Source: Dehalococcoidia bacterium
GTDB lineage: Bacteria; Chloroflexota; Dehalococcoidia; Lucifugimonadales; DAOUAM01
Direction: 5' to 3'
Length of the DNA stretch: 64,000 nucleotides
Assembly: GCA_034433305.1 (NCBI GenBank)
Contig: DAOUAM010000028.1
Coordinates: 44,699-108,698, forward strand
In this document: positions 28,174 to 37,945 of the stretch, one piece after another
Layout: each line of letters opens with the position of its first letter
Numbering within the stretch: position 1 is the first letter of the stretch
Program-made: the position numbers and the translations under genes
The notes under the pieces: generated by a model
What the model saw: the letters and a program-made list of their open reading frames with translations, nothing else
What the model was told of the DNA's origin: nothing
Database searches by the model: none

Positions 28174-28626
28174 CTACTCCGTGGAGACCTCTTGGGCTTT
28201 CCCCTCCAGGGCCGACTCCAGGGCGTGCCAGGAAAGGACAGCGCACTTGATCCGCGCGGGGTACTGGACAACGCCCGATAGCACCTCCAGGTCACCCAGC
28301 AGGTCCGCGTCGTACTCCTCTCCGGGCTTGCGAGTCAGCATGTGGCGGAACTCCCTGAAGAGCCGCTCGGCCTCCTCCACCGTCTTGCCCTTGATGCTCT
28401 CGCTCATCAGGGACGCCGAGGCCTTGGATATGGCGCAACCCGCTGCATGAAAGCCTACGTCCTTGACGACCGAGTCTTCTACCTTGAGGTAGATGGTGAT
28501 CTTGTCCCCGCACAGAGGATTGAACCCCTCCGCCGTGCGGTTGGCGTCCTCCACCTTGCGGAAGTTCCGAGGACGCCTGCTATGTTCTATGACCATGTCC
28601 TGGTACAGCTCGTCCAGGTTGTACAT
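28174..28626 (-). CDS. sufU: SUF-system SufU (IscU-like) protein, copy 1
   Basis: LYQDMVIEH, NPLCGD, GCAISKASAS, RIKCAVL. Confidence 0.93.
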   Translation of the reverse strand: MYNLDELYQDMVIEHSRRPRNFRKVEDANRTAEGFNPLCGDKITIYLKVEDSVVKDVGFHAAGCAISKASASLMSESIKGKTVEEAERLFREFRHMLTRKPGEEYDADLLGDLEVLSGVVQYPARIKCAVLSWHALESALEGKAQEVSTE

Positions 28627-28652
28627 CAGCTTTCAGCCTCTTGCTCCCACGG

Positions 28653-28726
28653 CCCCCTCTCTAGCTCTCCCCCAATGGGGGCGAGAACCCTCCCTTCCCC
28701 CCTTGGAGAAAGGTCAGGGTGGGGCC
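28653..28726. repeat. Degenerate C-rich/G-rich palindromic (REP-like) element between sufD and sufU
   Basis: CCCCCTCTCTAGCTCTCCCCCAATGGGGGCGAGA followed by CCCTCCCTTCCCCCCTTGGAGAAAGGTCAGGGTGGGG. Confidence 0.45.
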
Positions 28727-28748
28727 CAGGTGCTTCACGCGGCCACCT

Positions 28749-30092
28749 CTAGAACTCAAACCTGTAGCTGGGCAGGGACTCCAGGAACAGCTTTTCCAGG
28801 TAGGCCCTGAAGTCCGCCACCGCCACGGTGTCTATGATCTCCCTGGCGAAGCCGTAAATCAGCAGTCGGCTGGCTGTCTCCAGGTCAATGCCCCGGCTGC
28901 GCATGTAGAAAACGGTGTTCTGGTCAATGTTGCCGGCGGCGGCGCCGTGGCCGCACTTGACGTCATCAGCATAGATAAACAGGGCGGGCTTGCTGTCCAC
29001 CTCAGCGTCGGGCGACAGCACCAGGTTCTTGTCCTCCTGCTGGGCGTCGGTCTTGATGGCGCCCGGGCGCACCCAGACCGTCCCTCCGAACACAGCCCGC
29101 GACTTGCCATCCAGGATGCCCTTGTAGTACAGCCTGCTGGTGGCATGTGGCTTGATGTGGTCTATGTTGATGAAGTTGTCCATGTGCTGGGTGCCTGAGG
29201 TCAGGTACAGGCCGTTGAGCGTGCAGGTGCCGCCCGGGCCGTCCAGCGACACGTACAGGTCGTAGCGCCCCAGGCCGACGCCCTTCTCGAAGGCCCTGGA
29301 GACAAAGGCGCTGCCCTGGGACTGGTAGACGCGCTGTACGCCCACGTGGGCGGCCTCGTTGCTCTCGTTGAGCAGCCTGTAGTGGTCCAGCCTGGCCCCC
29401 TCGCCCAGGACCATCTCGCAGACGGCATTGGTAAAGTAGCTGCCCTGGCCGAGACCGACATAGCTCTCAATCACCGTGGCGCGGCTGCCGGCGCCTGCCA
29501 CCAGCAGGACGCGGGGATGCGTCACCGTGGGCGCTGGCCGCTGAGTGGAAAGGAAGACCAGGTTCAGCGGGGCCTCGACCGTAGCGCCGTCCTGGATATG
29601 GACGAAGGCGCCGTCCCACAGGAAGGCGGTGTTCAGCGCCGTGAAACCATCATCGTCCACGGCGGCGTACCGGGCCAGGTGCTGCTGCACCAGGTGGCCG
29701 TCGGAGGCCAGCGCCCTGGACATGGCCATCACCCGCACGCCGGTTCCAGCGGCGGGGACGCTGGACAGCGCCTCCGAGAAGTGGCCGTCAACGAAGACGA
29801 TGTTGGCCCAGCCATTATGCCAGGGCGCGGCCTGCCGGACGTCCTCGGCCTTGACGACCTCGGGCGTGGCGTCCAGTGGGTAGGCGTAGGCGGCCCTGGC
29901 GATGGGGGCGACGTTGGTGTACTTCCACTTCTCGTTGCCCCTGCGGGCCGTGGGGAAGCCGAGCTCCAGGAAGCGCGCCAGCGCCCGCTCCCTGAGCTCC
30001 CTGGCCCACGCCGGCCCGACGGCGGCCCTGTCCGCCAGGACGCGGAAGTCGGCCTCATACTGCTCGAACCTGGTTGGCGTCTGAGTCGTCAT
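28749..30092 (-). CDS. sufD: Fe-S cluster assembly protein SufD
   Basis: EKWKYTN, FTALNTAF, KGILDGKSRAVFGG, DSKPALFIYADDVKCGHGA, FYMRSRGI. Confidence 0.96.
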   Translation of the reverse strand: MTTQTPTRFEQYEADFRVLADRAAVGPAWARELRERALARFLELGFPTARRGNEKWKYTNVAPIARAAYAYPLDATPEVVKAEDVRQAAPWHNGWANIVFVDGHFSEALSSVPAAGTGVRVMAMSRALASDGHLVQQHLARYAAVDDDGFTALNTAFLWDGAFVHIQDGATVEAPLNLVFLSTQRPAPTVTHPRVLLVAGAGSRATVIESYVGLGQGSYFTNAVCEMVLGEGARLDHYRLLNESNEAAHVGVQRVYQSQGSAFVSRAFEKGVGLGRYDLYVSLDGPGGTCTLNGLYLTSGTQHMDNFINIDHIKPHATSRLYYKGILDGKSRAVFGGTVWVRPGAIKTDAQQEDKNLVLSPDAEVDSKPALFIYADDVKCGHGAAAGNIDQNTVFYMRSRGIDLETASRLLIYGFAREIIDTVAVADFRAYLEKLFLESLPSYRFEF

Positions 30093-30096
30093 GGGG

Positions 30097-30876
<780 letters not shown>

Positions 30877-30879
30877 CGT

Positions 30880-32340
<1,461 letters not shown>

Positions 32341-32370
32341 GACCTCTGCCTCTCCTTGCGTTGGTGGCCT

Positions 32371-32393
32371 TTGTTGATTAAAATAGTCAACAA
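32371..32393. promoter_or_regulatory. Probable Rrf2 (IscR-type) operator in front of sufB
   Basis: TTGTTGA-TTAAAATAG-TCAACAA inverted repeat, resembling the IscR type-1 core TGACT-N-AGTCA; lies just downstream of the suf promoter. Confidence 0.7.
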
Positions 32394-32402
32394 CCAGAGC
32401 TA

Positions 32403-32431
32403 ACTATAGCATCGGGCTGAGCGGGTGTCAA
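32403..32431 (-). promoter_or_regulatory. Sigma70-type promoter of the suf operon
   Basis: TTGACA (32431-32426), 17 nt, TATAGT (32408-32403). Confidence 0.75.
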
Positions 32432-32479
32432 TGGTTCCGGTGCTTTTTATGCCAGAATGCGTGTAAACTTGCCTGTCCA

Positions 32480-33370
32480 TCAGCCCCGCAGCAGCTCCCT
32501 CATCAGCACCCTGGCCGCCCCGGCGTCCACCTCCAGGGCAACCCGCACGTTGCCGTTGCCATAGCTGGCCGTCGTCTTGCCCAGCTTCTCGCCCTCCTGG
32601 ACTTCCACCGCCACCGTGGCCTGCCTGTACTTCAGCAGGCCCGGCTGGACGGCGGCGGCCACCGCCAGCGGGTCGCACAGGTGGTACGCGCCACCAGGGT
32701 GGGCCTGGAACCAGCCGGCCAGGAGCTTCTGGGCAAGCTGCTCGGACCTGGAGGGGCCAGCAATCCATGCCAGGTCCTGCTCCGTCAGGTAGGTCTGAAG
32801 GCACACGTCCAGCCCGACCAGGGTGATGGGCACGCCGGAGGCGAAGACGGCGCTGGCGGCCAGCGGGTCGTTGTAGATGTTGAACTCAGCATAGGGCGTC
32901 ACGTTGCCCGGCACCTCCACGGCCCCGCCCATGACGATGATGTGGCTTATCCACTCTTTGAGACGCGGCTCCCTGGCCATGGCGCGGGCCACGTTGGTCA
33001 GCGGGCCGAGGGTGATGAGCACCAGCTCACCGGCGAAGGAGTAGGCCAGGCTTATAAGGTACTCCGGGGCGCGTAGCGGCCGAGGCGTCGCCTGCGCCCT
33101 GGGCAGCCTCACGGTGAGGCCGCGAGAGCCATGGAAGTAGTAGGCGTAGTGGAACCGGCCACGCATGGGCCTGGCCGCGCCCCGTGACACAGGCATGTGG
33201 GGCTGGCCCAGGTACTCCATCAGGTCCAGGGCGTTGCGGGTCACGTGGGACAGGGCGCCGTTGCCGCCCACCGTCGTGAGGCCCTGGATGTCCAGCTCCG
33301 GGCTGTGGAGGGCCATCATCAGGGCCAGGGCGTCGTCGGTGCCCGGGTCGGTGTCTATGACGACCTTCAT
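32480..33370 (-). CDS. Nucleoside hydrolase (IU-NH family)
   Basis: MKVVIDTDPGTDDALAL, TTVGGN, GPLTN, MGG, AEFNIYNDP, LCDPLAVA; ATG 33370. Confidence 0.92.
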   Translation of the reverse strand: MKVVIDTDPGTDDALALMMALHSPELDIQGLTTVGGNGALSHVTRNALDLMEYLGQPHMPVSRGAARPMRGRFHYAYYFHGSRGLTVRLPRAQATPRPLRAPEYLISLAYSFAGELVLITLGPLTNVARAMAREPRLKEWISHIIVMGGAVEVPGNVTPYAEFNIYNDPLAASAVFASGVPITLVGLDVCLQTYLTEQDLAWIAGPSRSEQLAQKLLAGWFQAHPGGAYHLCDPLAVAAAVQPGLLKYRQATVAVEVQEGEKLGKTTASYGNGNVRVALEVDAGAARVLMRELLRG

Positions 33371-34344
33371 GCTCTCACCCGCTCCACCCCGACTTTCCCT
33401 CTTCCTGCTGCGAAGGCCTCCCACACCTGGCGCGAGGTGTACCTGAAGCTGATGCCCAACTCACGTTTGGCCTTTTCGGTGCTGGCTACCCATGGGTAGC
33501 GGATGAAGTCCAGGCCGCAGGACGGCGAGTCCGACTGCAAGCGCAGCCTCCAGGTGGCCTCCGTCAGCCAGTACAGCAGCGGGGCCGGCAGGCGCACCAC
33601 CCGACGGCCCAGCATGGCCGCCATCTCGCTCCAGCATATGGCGCCGTCGCCTGCCACGTTGTACACACCGGAGACGGGCCGCAGCAGGCAGCGCAGCATG
33701 ATGTCCAGCAGGTCGTCCTCGTGGACGAACTGCATGGGCGGGTCACTTCCGGCGATGCCCACCAGCACGGACCTGGTGAAGGCGCGGGAGATGAAGTTGT
33801 CGGTCTGCGGCCCCATGACCGGGCAGGCCCGCAGCACGGCCATGGTGACCGCCGGGTGTTCTTCATGGAACGCGGCCAGCAGCCTCTCCACCTCCACCTT
33901 GTCCTCTCCGTACTGGAAGCCCTTCACCGGCCGCATGGGGGCTTCCTCGGTCAGCAGGCCGGGGTTGTCGGGATGAGCGCCGTACACTGTGGTGCTGCTC
34001 AGGTAAAGGATGTGCCTCACGTTGGCCCTGGCGCAGGCGTCCAGGACATTGGCGGCGCCGTCCACGTCCACGCGGCGTATGGCCGCGCGACCGTGGCCCG
34101 GGCGCAGAACGAAGGCCAGGTGCGCCACGGCCTCGATGCCATGCCGGGCCAGCACGTCGCCCAGGGGCGCGGTCACATCTTGGCGCAGGAACTCCACCCT
34201 GGCAGAAGGGGCCTGCGCTGGCGTGCGCACATCTATTGCCAGGACGTGCTCCACCGACGGCTCGCGCTGGAGCCGCTGGAGGAGCCTGGAGCCGATGTAG
34301 CCAGAAGCGCCGGTTACGGCAACTCGCCTGAAGCCGTCACTCAT
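33367..34344 (-). CDS. Extended SDR, NAD-dependent epimerase/dehydratase family
   Basis: VTGASGYIG, YLSSTTVYG, YGEDK (YxxxK), MQFVHEDD. Confidence 0.9.
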   Translation of the reverse strand: MSDGFRRVAVTGASGYIGSRLLQRLQREPSVEHVLAIDVRTPAQAPSARVEFLRQDVTAPLGDVLARHGIEAVAHLAFVLRPGHGRAAIRRVDVDGAANVLDACARANVRHILYLSSTTVYGAHPDNPGLLTEEAPMRPVKGFQYGEDKVEVERLLAAFHEEHPAVTMAVLRACPVMGPQTDNFISRAFTRSVLVGIAGSDPPMQFVHEDDLLDIMLRCLLRPVSGVYNVAGDGAICWSEMAAMLGRRVVRLPAPLLYWLTEATWRLRLQSDSPSCGLDFIRYPWVASTEKAKRELGISFRYTSRQVWEAFAAGRGKVGVERVRA

Positions 34345-34705
34345 TGACGGAGTCCGTGAAGTCGAACCTGAGGGTGCCCAGGCCGGGGACGTCGAAGCCC
34401 ATGCCTATCTTGTGAGGCCCCGGCGCCAGCGTGACGCCCTCGACGCGCACGGTGATGCTCTTGTTCATGGCCAGGGTGAAGGTCTTCTCCCTGGAGACCT
34501 CGCTGAAGGCGGTGCGGACGCCGTCCAGCACGAACCAGGACGCCTCGGGCGGGACCTCCTGGCCGTCCACAGTGAGGGGCCACATCTTGTGGGCGTAGCC
34601 CGACCCCATGCCGTTCTTCAACTGGAACTCAAACCCGCCGGCGACGTTCTTGAGGCTCTGCTTCACGTAGAGCCTGCGCAGAAGGAAGCCAGGCACTGTT
34701 ACCAT
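34337..34705 (-). CDS. Hypothetical protein, about 122 aa, predicted beta-rich
   Basis: Codon bias matches the neighbours; overlaps the downstream SDR start; VPGFLLRRLYVKQSLKN, LTVDG, LAPGPHKI; no catalytic motif recognised. Confidence 0.75.
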   Translation of the reverse strand: MVTVPGFLLRRLYVKQSLKNVAGGFEFQLKNGMGSGYAHKMWPLTVDGQEVPPEASWFVLDGVRTAFSEVSREKTFTLAMNKSITVRVEGVTLAPGPHKIGMGFDVPGLGTLRFDFTDSVNE

Positions 34706-34768
34706 ATCCAAGCGTCTCCTGGTGCATGCTCAGGGCCTGGTCTAGGATAGCGGGATGATGGGCGCAGT

Positions 34769-35434
34769 TCAAGAGCGCGCCTGGCGCATGCGATAGATGG
34801 AAAGCTCGGCCTCCACCACGTCGGGCGGCAGCGGGTTGACCTTGCCCAGCAGCAGGGCATGGACGTATATCTGGGCGACGCGCTCGGTGAGGGCGCAGAT
34901 GTCCAGGGCCTCGCGGAGGTCGCGGCCCACGCCCACGGCGCCGTGGTTGCGGATGAGGGCAGCCTTGCGCTCGCCCAGGGCGGCGCACACTTTGTCGGCC
35001 AGCTCCTGGGTGCCCGGGAAGGCGTACTCGGAGACCCTGACAGGCCCGCCCATGAGGACCATCATCTCGTCAATGAGCGGGGGTATGTCCAGGCCGGCCA
35101 CCGCCGCCACGCTGGAGAATACCGCATGGGTGTGAATGACAGCCCCCACGTCGGGCCTGGCCCGGTAGATGGCTATGTGCAGCAGCGACTCCGAGGACGG
35201 CGCCAGGTAGCCCTCCACCGTCTCCACGTCGAAGTCAATCACTACGATGTCGTCCTCTTTCAGGGCACCGTAGTCCTTGCCGGTGGGGGTGATGGCAAGC
35301 AACTCCCGCTGGTCCTCTGGCGGCAGCCGCATGCTCACGTTGCCGCTGGTGCCCGCCACCAGGCCCAGTTGGGCCATCCGCTGCGACGCCTCGACCACCG
35401 CTCGCTTCTGCTCTTGCCAGCGACTCACGGTCAA
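34769..35434 (-). CDS. Class II aldolase/adducin family (fuculose-1-phosphate-aldolase-like)
   Basis: AGTSGNVS, ITPTG, PSSESLLHIAIY, HTH, NHG metal ligands; TTG at 35434, 9 nt after AAGGAGG. Confidence 0.92.
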   Translation of the reverse strand: MTVSRWQEQKRAVVEASQRMAQLGLVAGTSGNVSMRLPPEDQRELLAITPTGKDYGALKEDDIVVIDFDVETVEGYLAPSSESLLHIAIYRARPDVGAVIHTHAVFSSVAAVAGLDIPPLIDEMMVLMGGPVRVSEYAFPGTQELADKVCAALGERKAALIRNHGAVGVGRDLREALDICALTERVAQIYVHALLLGKVNPLPPDVVEAELSIYRMRQARS

Positions 35435-35460
35435 GCTGCCACGCCTCCTTTCAGGCCTGG

Positions 35461-36963
35461 CTACAGGCCCAGCGCCTTCAGCCCCTCGGCGACCTGGAGC
35501 CAGCGCTGGTAGTGCTCCTGGTACTCCGCAGCCGTGGCCTCGTCCGGCTCCAGCACCTGGAGGCTGGGCGCCATGCTGGCGGCGGCCTCCTCCAGGGAGC
35601 GGAAGTCGCCCAGGCCGACGCGGGCACACAGACAGGCCCCCAGGGCGCTGGCCTGCGGCACGGGCGAAAGGCCGGTCTCCCTGCCCAGCACGTCCTTCAG
35701 GATGCTCACGAAGGTGGGAGTGCGCGTCATGCCGCCACCCAGGGCCAGGGTCCGCGCCGGGCCGCCCCAGAGCCGCTCCACCTGCTCCAGGTTTGCCCTG
35801 ATGGCGAAGGCGAAGCCCTCCAGGGCAGCGCGGACCAGGTGCCCACGGCCCACCTCGCTATAGGTCAGCGGCACCGGCAGGACGAAGCCGCCCGGCCTCA
35901 TGCCCACGGCGGCCATGTCCATGCGGGCGTGGCCCAGGAAGCCGACGACGCCCTCGGCGCCCGGGGCCACCGTGGCGGCCAGCCTGTCCAGCTCGCAGTA
36001 GTCAGGCCTGCCGCCAGACAGGGCCTCGGCCAGCCAGCGGTAGGCATTGCCCACGTCGCCGGCGTTGCCCTCCAGCACCCAGGCACCCTCCGTCAGGAAG
36101 CAGCCAGCCCAGGTGCTGCCTTGAGGCGACAGCACGGGCTGGCTGGTGACCATCTGGAGCGGCGCGCTCCAGCCGGCGACGATACCGACCTGGCCCGGCC
36201 GAGCTATGCCCAGGCCCAGCAGGCCGCACTGGGTATCGGCGCCCGCCACGAACACGGGCACGCCGGCGGGCAGGCCCAGTTGCTCAGCGGCGGCCGCTGG
36301 CAGTCTGCCGGCGCGGGTGCCAGCCGCCAGCAGCAGCACCTGGCCGATGGCGGGAAGGCCCAGGGCGTCCATCAGGTCGGCGCACCAGCGCCGGCGGTGG
36401 ATGTCCAGCAGCCCGGCCTCGCCAGCCAGGGTAGGCTCGCTGGCCTGGACGCCCGTGAGGCGCCAGACCAGCCAGTCCGCCAGCGTCAGCACGGAGGCTA
36501 TTCTACCACAGGCCTCCGGGCGGTGTAGCTGGAACCAGCGCAGCTTGGCAGGAGCGAAGAAGAAGGACGGCACATGGCCGGTGGTCCGGTATACCCTTTC
36601 CCGCATGGCGTCGTCTATGGCCGCGCCCTCGAAGACCGCCCGCAGGTCCAGACTGGGGCCGACGTATAGCTCGGAGCCATCGGAGGCCAGGAAGGCGACA
36701 GCCTGCCGCTGGCTGGTCACACTGATGGCGGCCACCCGTGGCCCGGAGGCGCTGGCCGCCTTCAGGGCCTCGCCGGCAAGCTGGCAGAAGGTGCCCCACA
36801 GCCACGCAGGGTCGAACTCCCGGGCCAGGGGCGAGGCGTCCGGCACGGCGCGATAGCTCCAGGCGCGGGCGCTCTGGGCCACCAGCCGCGACTGGCGGTC
36901 GAAGACCAGGCACCGGGCCGCGCTGGTGCCGGCGTCCAGGACCAGGATGTAGCTGCTAGCCAT
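35461..36963 (-). CDS. FGGY-family carbohydrate kinase (YoaC/LsrK-like)
   Basis: VLDAGTS, VTSQRQ, AGADTQ, RAALEG, GGGMTR, ALGA. Confidence 0.9.
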   Translation of the reverse strand: MASSYILVLDAGTSAARCLVFDRQSRLVAQSARAWSYRAVPDASPLAREFDPAWLWGTFCQLAGEALKAASASGPRVAAISVTSQRQAVAFLASDGSELYVGPSLDLRAVFEGAAIDDAMRERVYRTTGHVPSFFFAPAKLRWFQLHRPEACGRIASVLTLADWLVWRLTGVQASEPTLAGEAGLLDIHRRRWCADLMDALGLPAIGQVLLLAAGTRAGRLPAAAAEQLGLPAGVPVFVAGADTQCGLLGLGIARPGQVGIVAGWSAPLQMVTSQPVLSPQGSTWAGCFLTEGAWVLEGNAGDVGNAYRWLAEALSGGRPDYCELDRLAATVAPGAEGVVGFLGHARMDMAAVGMRPGGFVLPVPLTYSEVGRGHLVRAALEGFAFAIRANLEQVERLWGGPARTLALGGGMTRTPTFVSILKDVLGRETGLSPVPQASALGACLCARVGLGDFRSLEEAAASMAPSLQVLEPDEATAAEYQEHYQRWLQVAEGLKALGL

Positions 36964-37945
36964 GGGGCGGCCACACCTCGGGGTTGACCAGGCGCAGGGG
37001 GCGCTCGCCGCGGACGAAGCGCAGGATGTCTTCGGCCATCATCTCCGAGTGGCGCTGGACGGTCTCGGCGGTGGCGCCGCCGATGTGGGGCGTCAGCACC
37101 AGGTTGTCCAGGCCCAGCAGGGGACTGCCCGGCGGCAGCGGGTGGCTCTCGAAGACGTCCAGGGCTGCGCCGGCCATGCGTCGGCACCGCAGGGCCTCCA
37201 CCAGGGCTTCCTGCCGGACGATGGCCGAGGCCGAGGTATTGACCAGGTAGGCCGTGGGCTTCATCAGCGCCAGGCGGCGGGCGTCCAGCAGGCCCTCGGT
37301 CTCGGGCGCCAGCGGCGCGTGGATGGACACGAAGTCCGACAGCGCCAGCAGTTCGTCCAGGGCCACAAGCCGCACGCCTTCTGGCGGAGCCGCCACGTAG
37401 GGGTCATGGGCCAGGACCTCCATGCCCAGGGCCATGCCCATGGCCGCCAGCCTGCGCCCGATGGCCCCCAGGCCGATGATGCCCAGGGTCTTGCCGCAAA
37501 GCTCCACGCCGCGCATGGCGATGTAAGGCTCTACCGGGTCAGCCCAGCGCCCCTGGGCCACGTAGCTATGGGCCGCCGGGATGCGCCTTGCCAGCGCCAG
37601 CATCAGGCCCAGCGCGTGCTCGGCCACGGCCTGGGCGTTCCTGGCCGGCGTGTTGACCACGACGACGCCATGCCGGGTGGCCGCCTCTAGGTCCACGTGG
37701 TTGGTGGCGGCCCGGCAAATGCCCACGAACTTGAGACCCGGCGCCTGCTCGAACATCTCCTCGAAGACGAAGTCTGACTCCACCACCAGGATAGAGATGC
37801 CCTGCTCGTGGAGACGACGGGCCAGGTCATCAGGGTCCTGAAGTCGGCGCGTGTCCAGCCAGCTCTCGTAGCTGACCTCCAGCCGCTGGCGCAGGCGCTC
37901 CAGTTGGGCAGGACTGAAGGGGGCCAGTACCAGCGCGCGCCACAT
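36956..37945 (-). CDS. D-isomer-specific 2-hydroxyacid dehydrogenase (YoaD/SerA-like)
   Basis: NTPARNAQAVAE, GKTLGIIGLGAIG, VSIHAPL, VNT, AALDVF, TPHIGGAT; ATG 37945 overlaps the hpnE TGA. Confidence 0.92.
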   Translation of the reverse strand: MWRALVLAPFSPAQLERLRQRLEVSYESWLDTRRLQDPDDLARRLHEQGISILVVESDFVFEEMFEQAPGLKFVGICRAATNHVDLEAATRHGVVVVNTPARNAQAVAEHALGLMLALARRIPAAHSYVAQGRWADPVEPYIAMRGVELCGKTLGIIGLGAIGRRLAAMGMALGMEVLAHDPYVAAPPEGVRLVALDELLALSDFVSIHAPLAPETEGLLDARRLALMKPTAYLVNTSASAIVRQEALVEALRCRRMAGAALDVFESHPLPPGSPLLGLDNLVLTPHIGGATAETVQRHSEMMAEDILRFVRGERPLRLVNPEVWPPHG

